Source: a virus
Taxonomy: Duplodnaviria > Caudoviricetes
Virus record (IMG/VR): IMGVR_UViG_2929701070_000001
Coordinates: 57,042-121,041 of that record
Length of the DNA: 64,000 bases
Reading direction: 5' to 3' (one strand)
Part shown: positions 26,190-33,831 of the stretch, one piece after another
How the letters are laid out: each line of letters starts with the position of its first letter
Numbering within the stretch: the first letter of the stretch is position 1
Translations under genes and position numbers: made by a program
The notes under the pieces: generated by a model
Told to the model about the DNA's origin: nothing
The model's database searches: none
What the model saw: only the letters and a program-made list of their open reading frames with translations

Positions 26190-28151
26190 GTGACGACGCT
26201 GACGAACAGCTTCGAGACGGGGCTTCCCAACGGCACCACGGTCACCGCCGCGAACTCGGGCAACGGCTCGGCCGGCGCACCTTTCGATACGGTGACCATC
26301 GACTCGCCCAACACGATGGTGTACTCGACGGCCAGCCCGGCTCACGGTGCTCTCGGCGCGCGGATCACCATCGGCGCGTCCGCCGCCAACTTCTGCTACT
26401 GCGAATGGTCGACGTCGCTGCTCGCCGTCCAGAGCGGTTCCACCATCTACACCCGCATCGGGTTTTCCTACCCCACTGTGCCACCGAACTTCGGGGAGTT
26501 CGCCCTTCTGCGTGGCCTGCTCGCAACGAACCAGCGGTGGCGGGTGTCGCTGACCAACACGGCGAAGATCGCCGTGTTCGGCCAGAGTTCCACGACGATC
26601 GCCACATCCGCTACCACCTTGGCTGCGGCCACCCACTACCGTGTTGAGGCTGCGGCGGCTGCGCATGTCTCCGCTGGCGCCATTGAGGTGCGGATCTACC
26701 TGGGGGATTCCCAGACGCCCGTGGAAACGCTGGGCCCGTTCACAGGGCAGGCCATGGGTGGCCCGATCGACCGGGTCAGGTTCGGGGTTGGCCTGTCGGC
26801 GTTCCCGTCGGTGGCCACGCAACTGGACATCGATGACGTGGGTGCGTCCACGACCACGTGGTTGGGGCCGGCGGTGGCGCTTCCGTCGGTGACGCACGCC
26901 TGGGTGGGTGCGGTCGCTCACAACTCGGCGACGGTCTCGTACGGCACCACCAACACGACGTCGGCGCGGCTGGTCGTGTCCACCTCCGCGGACCTGTCGT
27001 CGCCGGTGTACTCGCCGGCCGCCGCCCCGAACAGCAACGGGTTCGTCAAGCTCATCCGCGGCGGACTCGACCCTGACACTGCCTACTTCTATGGCGTGGA
27101 GGCGGACGGGACGCTGCTCGCCGACGGCCGCGGCTCGTTCCGCACCGACCCGGCACCCGGGTCGCGGGCGTCGTTCAGTGTCGCCTTCGGCAGCTGCCAG
27201 CAGACCAACTCGAACGCGGAAACGTTCCAAGCCATCGCCGGGCGGGTCGGCCCGTACGGCAAGGCCCGCCGGATGTTGCACGAGGGTGACCTGCATTACC
27301 GCGATTTCGGTGCGGGCACGACCGCGGCGGACGTCGCCAACCAGTTCAAGTCGTCGCTGGCCACCCCCAACATGCGCATGCTGCTCGCCAACGTTCCCAC
27401 CACGTACGTGTGGGACAACCACGACTGGGGTGGGCCGGACTCTCATGCTGCGGCACCGGCCGGACCGGTGACGGCCGACGTGTACCGGCAGGTGGTGCCG
27501 CACTACCCCCTGGCGACCGCCGGGAACACGGCGATCCACCAGTCGTTCGTGATCGGCCGGGTCCGGTTCGTCATCCTGGACACCCGTTCGCAGCGGTCCC
27601 CGCGCACGGACGCCGAATCGTCGGCGAAGACGCTGCTCGGCGCGGAGCAGAAGCAGTGGTTCAAGAACCAACTTCTGCTGCCCGAACCATTCAAGGTTGT
27701 GGTGTCGGGCATCTACTGGCGGCGCGACAGCGTCAGCGGCGACCGGTGGGGCTCCTACCAGACCGAGTGGGCGGAGATCCGCGACTGGGTGGCCGCGAAC
27801 ACCTCCGCGATCGGCGGCGTGCTCGTCATCTCCGGTGACCGGCACGCTCTGTACGCCGACAACGGCACCGGCGGCGGGGCCGGCGGCACCTACTGGCCGA
27901 ACGTTGGTGGCGCCCCGCTCGACCAGGGCAGCACCGAGTCTTTCGAGACGTGGACGCACGGCTACTACGCGGGCACCCCCGGAACCAACCTCAAGGCGTT
28001 CGGGTGGCTCGACGTTGACGACGCCGGCACCAGCATCACCGTCACCTACTCCGGGATCACCGCCCTCGACGGGCAGACCCGGGTGTCCATGACCGTCACC
28101 GCGCAGGCCGCCGCCGACTTGGCTGCCGCCCGGTGGGGCATTCACCTCTGA
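26190..28151 (+). CDS. tail-associated protein with PhoD-like metallophosphoesterase domain
   Basis: FGSC, GDLHY.D, WDNHD, LDTRSQR, LG.EQ..W, SGDRH motifs; N-terminal beta-sandwich-like region. Confidence 0.8.
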   Translation: MTTLTNSFETGLPNGTTVTAANSGNGSAGAPFDTVTIDSPNTMVYSTASPAHGALGARITIGASAANFCYCEWSTSLLAVQSGSTIYTRIGFSYPTVPPNFGEFALLRGLLATNQRWRVSLTNTAKIAVFGQSSTTIATSATTLAAATHYRVEAAAAAHVSAGAIEVRIYLGDSQTPVETLGPFTGQAMGGPIDRVRFGVGLSAFPSVATQLDIDDVGASTTTWLGPAVALPSVTHAWVGAVAHNSATVSYGTTNTTSARLVVSTSADLSSPVYSPAAAPNSNGFVKLIRGGLDPDTAYFYGVEADGTLLADGRGSFRTDPAPGSRASFSVAFGSCQQTNSNAETFQAIAGRVGPYGKARRMLHEGDLHYRDFGAGTTAADVANQFKSSLATPNMRMLLANVPTTYVWDNHDWGGPDSHAAAPAGPVTADVYRQVVPHYPLATAGNTAIHQSFVIGRVRFVILDTRSQRSPRTDAESSAKTLLGAEQKQWFKNQLLLPEPFKVVVSGIYWRRDSVSGDRWGSYQTEWAEIRDWVAANTSAIGGVLVISGDRHALYADNGTGGGAGGTYWPNVGGAPLDQGSTESFETWTHGYYAGTPGTNLKAFGWLDVDDAGTSITVTYSGITALDGQTRVSMTVTAQAAADLAAARWGIHL

Positions 28152-28195
28152 GAGGGGCCGCGTTGCCTCTGTCCATTGGCGTGCAAGGAGCACCC

Positions 28196-28468
28196 GTGAC
28201 CGTTCGTCTTGAGTTCGACCAGGCCACGTACGGCCCGGACGAGCCGATCAACTTCCATGTCGTCGTGGAGGGAGAACCCACGTCCGTGACCCGCGATGAG
28301 GTGTTCACCGGCACCGTCACCCTCCCCGGTCAGCCGCCGCAGGAGGTGTCGGGTGCGGCCCAGGTGGTGGAGACGACCGCCTACGGAACCTTCACCAACG
28401 ACCACTACACGGTGGTTCAGGACCCGGCGGACCCGTCGCGGTACACCGCCACCCCGAACGGGGGGTGA
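28196..28468 (+). CDS. small hypothetical protein (Ig-like?)
   Basis: SD AAGGAG; D..TY.P.E pattern. Confidence 0.55.
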   Translation: MTVRLEFDQATYGPDEPINFHVVVEGEPTSVTRDEVFTGTVTLPGQPPQEVSGAAQVVETTAYGTFTNDHYTVVQDPADPSRYTATPNGG

Positions 28469-28472
28469 CCCG

Positions 28473-29402
28473 GTGACGCGCGCACCCGAGAACCTGCTGA
28501 CTGTCCGACGGCTGCTGCTCGACCACCTCAACATCGATGAGACGCGTGCCCGCACCGCCGACCTGGAACCCGCCGAGGTCGGCATCGTGGGCGACTCCGC
28601 CCACCGGGGCGGCTACCACTGCGGCTCCAACCGGGTGCTCACCCGCGACTACTCGGTGGTGGAGTCCCCGCGTGACAAGGCGGGTCTGACCCTGGACGCG
28701 TCGGCGTTGGACGTCGGCCTCTTCGAGGTGCGTTCCGGCGGTCGCACCCACAACCTGCACACGTTCTCCTCCTGGTGTGTGGCGCAGTGCGTCGCGAACA
28801 CACCCGACTCCCGCGACATCAGGGAAATCATCTACAGCCCCGACGGTAGGACCGTGAAGCGGTGGGACCGGCTCCGTAAGCGCAGCAGCGGGGACAGCTC
28901 CCACCTGTGGCACACCCACTTCTCGTTCTTCCGCGACTCGATCAAGGCGGGCCGCGACCAGACGCCGCTGTTCCGCCGCTACCTGACCACCATCGGACTC
29001 CTGGAGGACGACGACATGAGCGCACGGGCCGAAAGCCAGATCCACAGCATGTACACCGGCATGTTCTTCGGCGGCTCCAGCATGGGCCGCAACGTCGACC
29101 CCGACGGAGCCGGCACCCGCCCCGCCGACAATAGCCTGGTGGTGAAGCTGGACTACACCATGCTGATGCTCGACCTCATCGCCTCCCGCACCGGCATCCC
29201 CGCCGCCGAGATCGAGCGGGTACGGGCCGCCGCCCGCGAAGGCGCCGCCGGAGCCGCCGACCAGCTCGTGGCCGTCATCGGCGACGCGGTCCGTGACCGC
29301 GCCGGCCTGTCCGACGACGACGTCGACCGGGTCAAGCAGGCTGTCCGGGACCTGTTCGCCACCGGCATCGCCCCCGACAGCACGACGGGCGCCGCCAGCT
29401 GA
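28473..29402 (+). CDS. putative endolysin (Zn-peptidase-like)
   Basis: first gene of membrane-protein cassette; GIVGD.AH.GGYH, ASALD, REIIY, SSHLWHTHFS. Confidence 0.65.
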   Translation: MTRAPENLLTVRRLLLDHLNIDETRARTADLEPAEVGIVGDSAHRGGYHCGSNRVLTRDYSVVESPRDKAGLTLDASALDVGLFEVRSGGRTHNLHTFSSWCVAQCVANTPDSRDIREIIYSPDGRTVKRWDRLRKRSSGDSSHLWHTHFSFFRDSIKAGRDQTPLFRRYLTTIGLLEDDDMSARAESQIHSMYTGMFFGGSSMGRNVDPDGAGTRPADNSLVVKLDYTMLMLDLIASRTGIPAAEIERVRAAAREGAAGAADQLVAVIGDAVRDRAGLSDDDVDRVKQAVRDLFATGIAPDSTTGAAS

Positions 29403-29419
29403 CCGGCACTCCTCCTCTG

Positions 29420-29863
29420 ATGGTCACCATTCCCTTCGCCCGCCTACCGTCCGCGCCGAGCATCCCGTGGCGCACCGTCGTGGTGCTGGTCCTCGCGAAA
29501 GCGTCATGGGACTCGGTGGGGCTCCTCGCCGGCGACATCGCCTACGCCGGACCGTCCTACGACGTGCTGCGCGCCTTCCCACCTGCCGGTGGGATGCGGA
29601 CGCACGGTGCCGTTCTCACCGCGCTCACCGTCGCGGCGATCCTGTCCGCCTACCACAGCACGCGCACCGGCGAGGAACGCTGGCTGCGATGGTGCCTCGC
29701 CGGCTACGCCGTCTGGTACATGGGATGGACGGTCGGACTGGCGTCAGCATGGCTGTACCACGGCCACGTCCTGTCGTGGGGTGCCCCCGCATCGGTGCTC
29801 GTGGTCGCCGTACTCGCCTTGGTGGCTGCGCGGGCCACACCGAAACAGATCGGGGGTGCATGA
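29420..29863 (+). CDS. multi-pass membrane protein (lysis cassette)
   Basis: about four hydrophobic segments. Confidence 0.6.
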   Translation: MVTIPFARLPSAPSIPWRTVVVLVLAKASWDSVGLLAGDIAYAGPSYDVLRAFPPAGGMRTHGAVLTALTVAAILSAYHSTRTGEERWLRWCLAGYAVWYMGWTVGLASAWLYHGHVLSWGAPASVLVVAVLALVAARATPKQIGGA

Positions 29864-30208
29864 GTGTGGTCGCCAGCAGCTGGGGCTCTGCTGATCGCCG
29901 CCGACGCCGCCGCCGGTGGGGGACCACCGGTCGAACTGCTGTGGGTCGGTCAGGCGGTCACGCTCGTGGGAATGCTCGCCACCGGGTGGGCGGCACTGAA
30001 AACGAAGCGGGTCGACGCGGACGAGTCCCGCCGGGCCCGTTTCGACGCCCGCGTCGACAAGGAACTCGATGACGCGCTGGCCGCTGTTGAGGTGCTGCGC
30101 GACAAGCTCGATAAGGAACACGCACTGCGCCTGCGGTACCAAGGCTGGCTGATCCGGGCCGGCATTGACCCGGACACCGGGAGGCCGTTCGATGAAGCAC
30201 AGCCGTAA
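29864..30208 (+). CDS. membrane protein with coiled coil (lysis accessory)
   Basis: hydrophobic segment, coiled coil and L...GIDP C-terminus. Confidence 0.6.
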   Translation: MWSPAAGALLIAADAAAGGGPPVELLWVGQAVTLVGMLATGWAALKTKRVDADESRRARFDARVDKELDDALAAVEVLRDKLDKEHALRLRYQGWLIRAGIDPDTGRPFDEAQP

Positions 30209-30803
30209 CCGATCTCCTCTCTCCCCGGTCCTCGCCGACGAGCCGCTGGTGGTCGAGGGCCTGACCCGGCGGCTGCGGATCGTGCTCCTGGCGGTGATCA
30301 TCACGTTCGGGATGACGAACGTGGCGAGCTACGTCATTGGGCAGGCGGTCAGGGCGGAGGCTGACCGGGACACACGCCACCGGGTGGAGGCGTTGGAACG
30401 GCAGCTCAGCCAAGAGTTGGAGCAGCGTGGGGCGGTGCGCGACGCGGAGATCGCCGAGCAGGAAGCCGCGTTGGCTCAACTGCGGCGCGACCTGTGCGTG
30501 GCGCTGGATCGGGCGCAGCCTCGGGATGCCGCGGTTCTGGCAGCGCGGAAACGGTACGGCTGCACGGCCGACCCGAGACCGGCGGCGTTGGGGCCGTCGG
30601 CGAGGCCGGGCACCGCACCACCGGCGAGGCCGGGCGGCGGTGGACCCGAACCGGCCGAACCGGGTGACCCGCCGCAGGGACCACAGGGCCCGTCGGGTCC
30701 TCCCGGACCGCCGGGACCACCGCCGGCTACTCGACCCCCGTCACCTCCGCCGCCAATGGACGACGGGCTGCTGTGTCTACCTATCGTCGGTTGTCTCCTG
30801 TGA
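30192..30803 (+). CDS. membrane-anchored protein with collagen-like Gly-Pro-X tail
   Basis: hydrophobic segment, coiled coil, GPQGPSGPPGPPGPP, Cys pairs. Confidence 0.65.
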   Translation: MKHSRNRSPLSPVLADEPLVVEGLTRRLRIVLLAVIITFGMTNVASYVIGQAVRAEADRDTRHRVEALERQLSQELEQRGAVRDAEIAEQEAALAQLRRDLCVALDRAQPRDAAVLAARKRYGCTADPRPAALGPSARPGTAPPARPGGGGPEPAEPGDPPQGPQGPSGPPGPPGPPPATRPPSPPPPMDDGLLCLPIVGCLL

Positions 30804-31127
30804 CGTGGTGTCACGCCACCAGGAGCCACCCCGGCGCACCCACCCGTCACCGACAGGTTGACCGGCCGCATCGTAGGCGGCGGGCACTTCCACCCACTCG
30901 CCGACGGCGGTAAGTTCGGCGGCCACGTCGCGGGCGCGCTGCTCGTCACGGTAGGCGCGGCACCCGACGGTGACGTCCGTGTGTTCAACCATCCACCGCC
31001 CGTCGGCGAGCAGACCGATGGTGACGTGCCGGCTCGCCCAGTGGGTGGTGTGGCCGTACTGCCAGCGTTGGATGCGCCGCACATGGTGCAGCAGCCACGG
31101 CTCGATCCGCTCCCCGTCGTCGCCCAC
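30777..31127 (-). CDS. hypothetical protein, antisense within lysis cassette
   Basis: 116-aa Trp-rich globular-looking ORF filling the gap; high GC3 on minus strand. Confidence 0.5.
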   Translation of the reverse strand: MGDDGERIEPWLLHHVRRIQRWQYGHTTHWASRHVTIGLLADGRWMVEHTDVTVGCRAYRDEQRARDVAAELTAVGEWVEVPAAYDAAGQPVGDGWVRRGGSWWRDTTSQETTDDR

Positions 31128-31224
31128 GCGCTGACCGTAGCGCGTTCAGGGTTCCTTGCATTCGCCCGACCGCAATTCAAGCTTCGGGCAGTTTCCTTGC
31201 ATCCCAAGATCCCAAGGAGGGGTC

Positions 31225-31599
31225 ATGTCTGACGTTCCCGCCCTGCCCGTGTACGGTTTCGCCCCCAACCTCGGGGGACTGCTGTCGCTGGCCATCACCG
31301 TGCTCCTGCCGATCCTCGTCGGTCTGGTCACCCGCCGCTCCACCAGCGCCTCCGCGAAGGCCGTGCTGCTGCTCCTGCTGTCCGCCGTCAACGCCGTGCT
31401 GTCCGCGTGGCTCCAGGCGGAGAACACCGCCGCGGTGTTCGAGTGGATCCCGGTGGTGTACTCCACGGCCATCAACTTCGGCATCGCCGTCGCGGTGCAC
31501 TTCGGCCTGTTCAAGCCGACCGGTGCCGCGTCGGCCGCGCAGGGCAGCCTGGTGAAGGACAAGGTGCTCGACGGCAGCGCCGTCGAACGCCACGCCTGA
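31225..31599 (+). CDS. holin
   Basis: SD AAGGAGG; three hydrophobic segments; LP.LVGLVT..KAVLL.LLS..HFGL.KP.G actinophage holin pattern. Confidence 0.75.
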   Translation: MSDVPALPVYGFAPNLGGLLSLAITVLLPILVGLVTRRSTSASAKAVLLLLLSAVNAVLSAWLQAENTAAVFEWIPVVYSTAINFGIAVAVHFGLFKPTGAASAAQGSLVKDKVLDGSAVERHA

Positions 31600-31653
31600 C
31601 ACGCCGCCCCGCAGGCTGGCGTCGTTTCTCGCTCCCCAGCGGCGACGCCACAC

Positions 31654-31700
31654 GTCCGCCCCACCTCCCGCGCCTCGCGCCGGGGGTGGGGCGGACTTTT
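31654..31700 (+). terminator. Rho-independent terminator ending the late operon
   Basis: GTCCGCCCCACCTCC...GGGGGTGGGGCGGAC followed by TTTT. Confidence 0.7.
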
Positions 31701-31710
31701 CGCGTCTGCC

Positions 31711-31736
31711 ACACGTCATGTGTGATGTGCTAGTGT
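31711..31736 (+). promoter_or_regulatory. promoter of Y-RNA/Ro60 module (extended -10) with palindromic operator-like site
   Basis: TGc-TAGTGT, -10 at 31731-31736, 7 nt before RNA1; CACGTCA-N4-TGATGTG. Confidence 0.55.
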
Positions 31737-31743
31737 CCGAAGC

Positions 31744-31815
31744 GCCTCCGGTGCGAAGGCGACGGGTACTTCTCTCGTAAAGGACACCCCCGTCGCCGGC
31801 CCTGATCTCGGAGGC
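31744..31815 (+). ncRNA. short Y-RNA-like RNA with anticodon-like stem-loop
   Basis: terminal stem GCCTCCG/CGGAGGC; GGTGCG...TGATC bulged helix; GGCGACGGG/CCCGTCGCC stem; loop CTCGTAA. Confidence 0.7.
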
Positions 31816-31831
31816 CACAACTAAACAGCAC

Positions 31832-31964
31832 CTCCCCGGTGCGCAGGCAGCGGTTACTTCTAAACCCATGTGTCGCAGGTTCAAGTCCTGCCGCCAGCTC
31901 AGCTGGCGTAGCTCAGATGGCAGAGCAATGGCCCAACACCGCAGCCGACTTTGATCTCGGGGAG
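31832..31964 (+). ncRNA. Y RNA, YrlA-like circularly permuted tRNA mimic
   Basis: stem CTCCCCG/CGGGGAG; T arm GCAGG-TTCAAGT-CCTGC; closed acceptor stem CGCCAGC/GCTGGCG; D arm GCTC-AGATGGCA-GAGC; upstream of Ro60. Confidence 0.85.
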
Positions 31965-31974
31965 TACAACTTCT

Positions 31975-32120
31975 GGTGTTGCCCGGTGCGCAGGACGCGG
32001 TTACTTCCTCTCGCAAAAGGTGAGACGCGGGTTCAAATCCCGTCGCCGACCTCGGTCGGTGTGGACGAGTGGCCTAAGTCGCATTGTTACCGCATCCGAC
32101 TTGATCTCGGGCATCACACC
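31975..32120 (+). ncRNA. Y RNA, YrlA-like circularly permuted tRNA mimic
   Basis: stem TGCCCG/CGGGCA; T arm GCGGG-TTCAAAT-CCCGT; acceptor CGCCGAC/GTCGGTG; D arm GAC-GAGTGGCCTAA-GTC. Confidence 0.85.
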
Positions 32121-32158
32121 TGAACGCGACTCCCCTCCTCACGGAAGGGAGTTTCTTC

Positions 32159-33763
32159 ATGTCCAAGTTCAACTCCACCGCCACCCGACCGTCAGGCGTC
32201 TCGCCGATCGTCGCCGACACGCGGCCGACCGGCACCACCCACGAGGGCGGCCCCGGCTACGCCCGTGACGCCAAGTCCGAACTGTTTCTGCTGGCTGTCA
32301 CCAACATGGTCGGCGAGAAGACCTTCTACGAATCCGCCGAGGCGCGTGACGAGCGGTTCGAGCGGCTGGTCCGCCAGGTCGCCGTCGCTGACCCGGCCTG
32401 GACCGCCCGGTTCCTGCCCTGGCTGCGCAACGGCGCGAACCTGCGCTCCGCGTCGCTGGTCGGCGCGTTGGAGGCCGCGAAGGGGATGCTCACTGCGAGC
32501 ATCCCCGGCTCCCGCGCCGTCGTCGCGTCCGTGCTCCAGCGCGCCGACGAGCCCGGTGAGGCCCTGGCCTACTGGACCAGCCGCTACGGCCGGGCGATCC
32601 CGAAGCCGGTGAAGCGGGGCATCGCCGACGCGCTGCTGCGCCTGTACACGGAGCGTTCGCTGCTCAAGTACGACACCGCCAGCCATGGCTTCCGGTTCGG
32701 TGACGTGATCGATCTCGTGCACCCGGTCGCCGACGCCCGGTGGCGCGGTGCCCTGTTCGCGGAGGCGTTGAACCGACGGCACAACCGCGGGTGGGCGGTC
32801 GACGCGGATCTGCTTCCGACGCTGGCGTACAACGCGACCCTCCGCGAGTTCGCCGCTGAGGACCCGTCGCGCCTGCTCGACGCGGGCAAGCTCCAACGGG
32901 CCGGCATGACCTGGGAGGACGTGCTGTCCCTCGCCGGGTCAAAGGTCGACAAGGCGAGGTTGTGGGAGGCACTGATCCCGTCGATGGGCTACATGGCGCT
33001 GCTGCGCAACCTGCGTAACTTCGACCAAGCCGGCGTGTCCGACGAGGTGGCGCAGACCGTGGCGGCGCGGCTGGCCGACCCGCAGCAGGTCGTGAGGTCG
33101 CGGCAGATGCCGATGCGGTTCCTGTCGGCGTACCGGGCGGCGCCGTCGCTTCGCTGGTCGTACCCGCTGGAGCAGGCCCTGGGCTACGCGCTGGGCAACA
33201 TTCCGTCCCTGCCCGGTCGGACGCTGGTCATGGTGGACACGTCGGGCAGCATGAACGCCGGCTTCTCCAAGGATGGCACCCTCATGCGGTGGGACGCTGC
33301 GGTCATCTTCGGGGTGGCGCTCGCCCAGCGCTGCGACACCGCGGACGTCGTGTCGTTCTCCGGCCGGATGTGGGGCGACCCGACGGGCGTCGCGACGAAG
33401 GTGTTCCCGACGCAGGACGGTGAGTCGCTGCTGCGCTCAATCGAGCGGTGGAAGACCGGCGGCTGGTTCATCGGCGGGGGCACCGACACTGCGGCGGCGT
33501 TGAGCAAGCACTTCGCCGGTCACGACCGGGTGGTCGTGCTGACCGACGAGCAGGCCACCGTGGGCGGCAACGTGTCCCGGTCGGTGCCGGATCAGGTGCC
33601 GATGTACACGTGGAACTTGGCGGGCTACCAGCACGGCCACGCCCCGTCAGGGTCGCGTAACCGGCACACGTTCGGGGGGCTCTCCGACGCCGCGTTCCGC
33701 ATGATCCCGCTCATCGAGGCGGGCCGCAACGCCGACTGGGACGCCATCTTCGGCCCGTTCTGA
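32159..33763 (+). CDS. rsr: Ro60/Rsr ortholog (TROVE domain plus vWA)
   Basis: T.EGG.GY, ELFLLAV.N.V...FYE, RADEPGE, MALLRNLRN; intact MIDAS DTSGSM...GGT...TDEQ. Confidence 0.92.
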   Translation: MSKFNSTATRPSGVSPIVADTRPTGTTHEGGPGYARDAKSELFLLAVTNMVGEKTFYESAEARDERFERLVRQVAVADPAWTARFLPWLRNGANLRSASLVGALEAAKGMLTASIPGSRAVVASVLQRADEPGEALAYWTSRYGRAIPKPVKRGIADALLRLYTERSLLKYDTASHGFRFGDVIDLVHPVADARWRGALFAEALNRRHNRGWAVDADLLPTLAYNATLREFAAEDPSRLLDAGKLQRAGMTWEDVLSLAGSKVDKARLWEALIPSMGYMALLRNLRNFDQAGVSDEVAQTVAARLADPQQVVRSRQMPMRFLSAYRAAPSLRWSYPLEQALGYALGNIPSLPGRTLVMVDTSGSMNAGFSKDGTLMRWDAAVIFGVALAQRCDTADVVSFSGRMWGDPTGVATKVFPTQDGESLLRSIERWKTGGWFIGGGTDTAAALSKHFAGHDRVVVLTDEQATVGGNVSRSVPDQVPMYTWNLAGYQHGHAPSGSRNRHTFGGLSDAAFRMIPLIEAGRNADWDAIFGPF

Positions 33764-33775
33764 CCGACCGCACAC

Positions 33776-33821
33776 GACGCGCCGGCTGCCATCCCTTCCA
33801 CGGGGTGGCAGCCGGCGCGTC
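33776..33821. terminator. long hairpin, probable bidirectional terminator between converging arms
   Basis: GACGCGCCGGCTGCCATCCC/GGGGTGGCAGCCGGCGCGTC followed by TTCGTTCGTT. Confidence 0.7.
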
Positions 33822-33831
33822 TTCGTTCGTT

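Noticed and set aside
31700-31740. LexA SOS box or PafBC-type promoter for the Ro60 module
   Set aside because: No TCGAAC-N4-GTTCGA; GTCA is one base out of register and a poor match for the TGTCGG-N10-TANNNT pattern
31862-31864. Amber-suppressor anticodon (CTA) in Y RNA2
   Set aside because: The C belongs to the scaffold motif TACTTC shared by all three RNAs, and the RNA has no free acceptor end
31870-32085. Canonical tRNA genes
   Set aside because: T arm precedes D arm, the acceptor stem is closed by a loop and there is no CCA end; these are permuted mimics inside Y RNAs
31744-32120. Mini-CRISPR array
   Set aside because: Repeats are degenerate paired structural elements with unequal spacing; no cas operon, and the Cas4-like gene is a typical phage exonuclease
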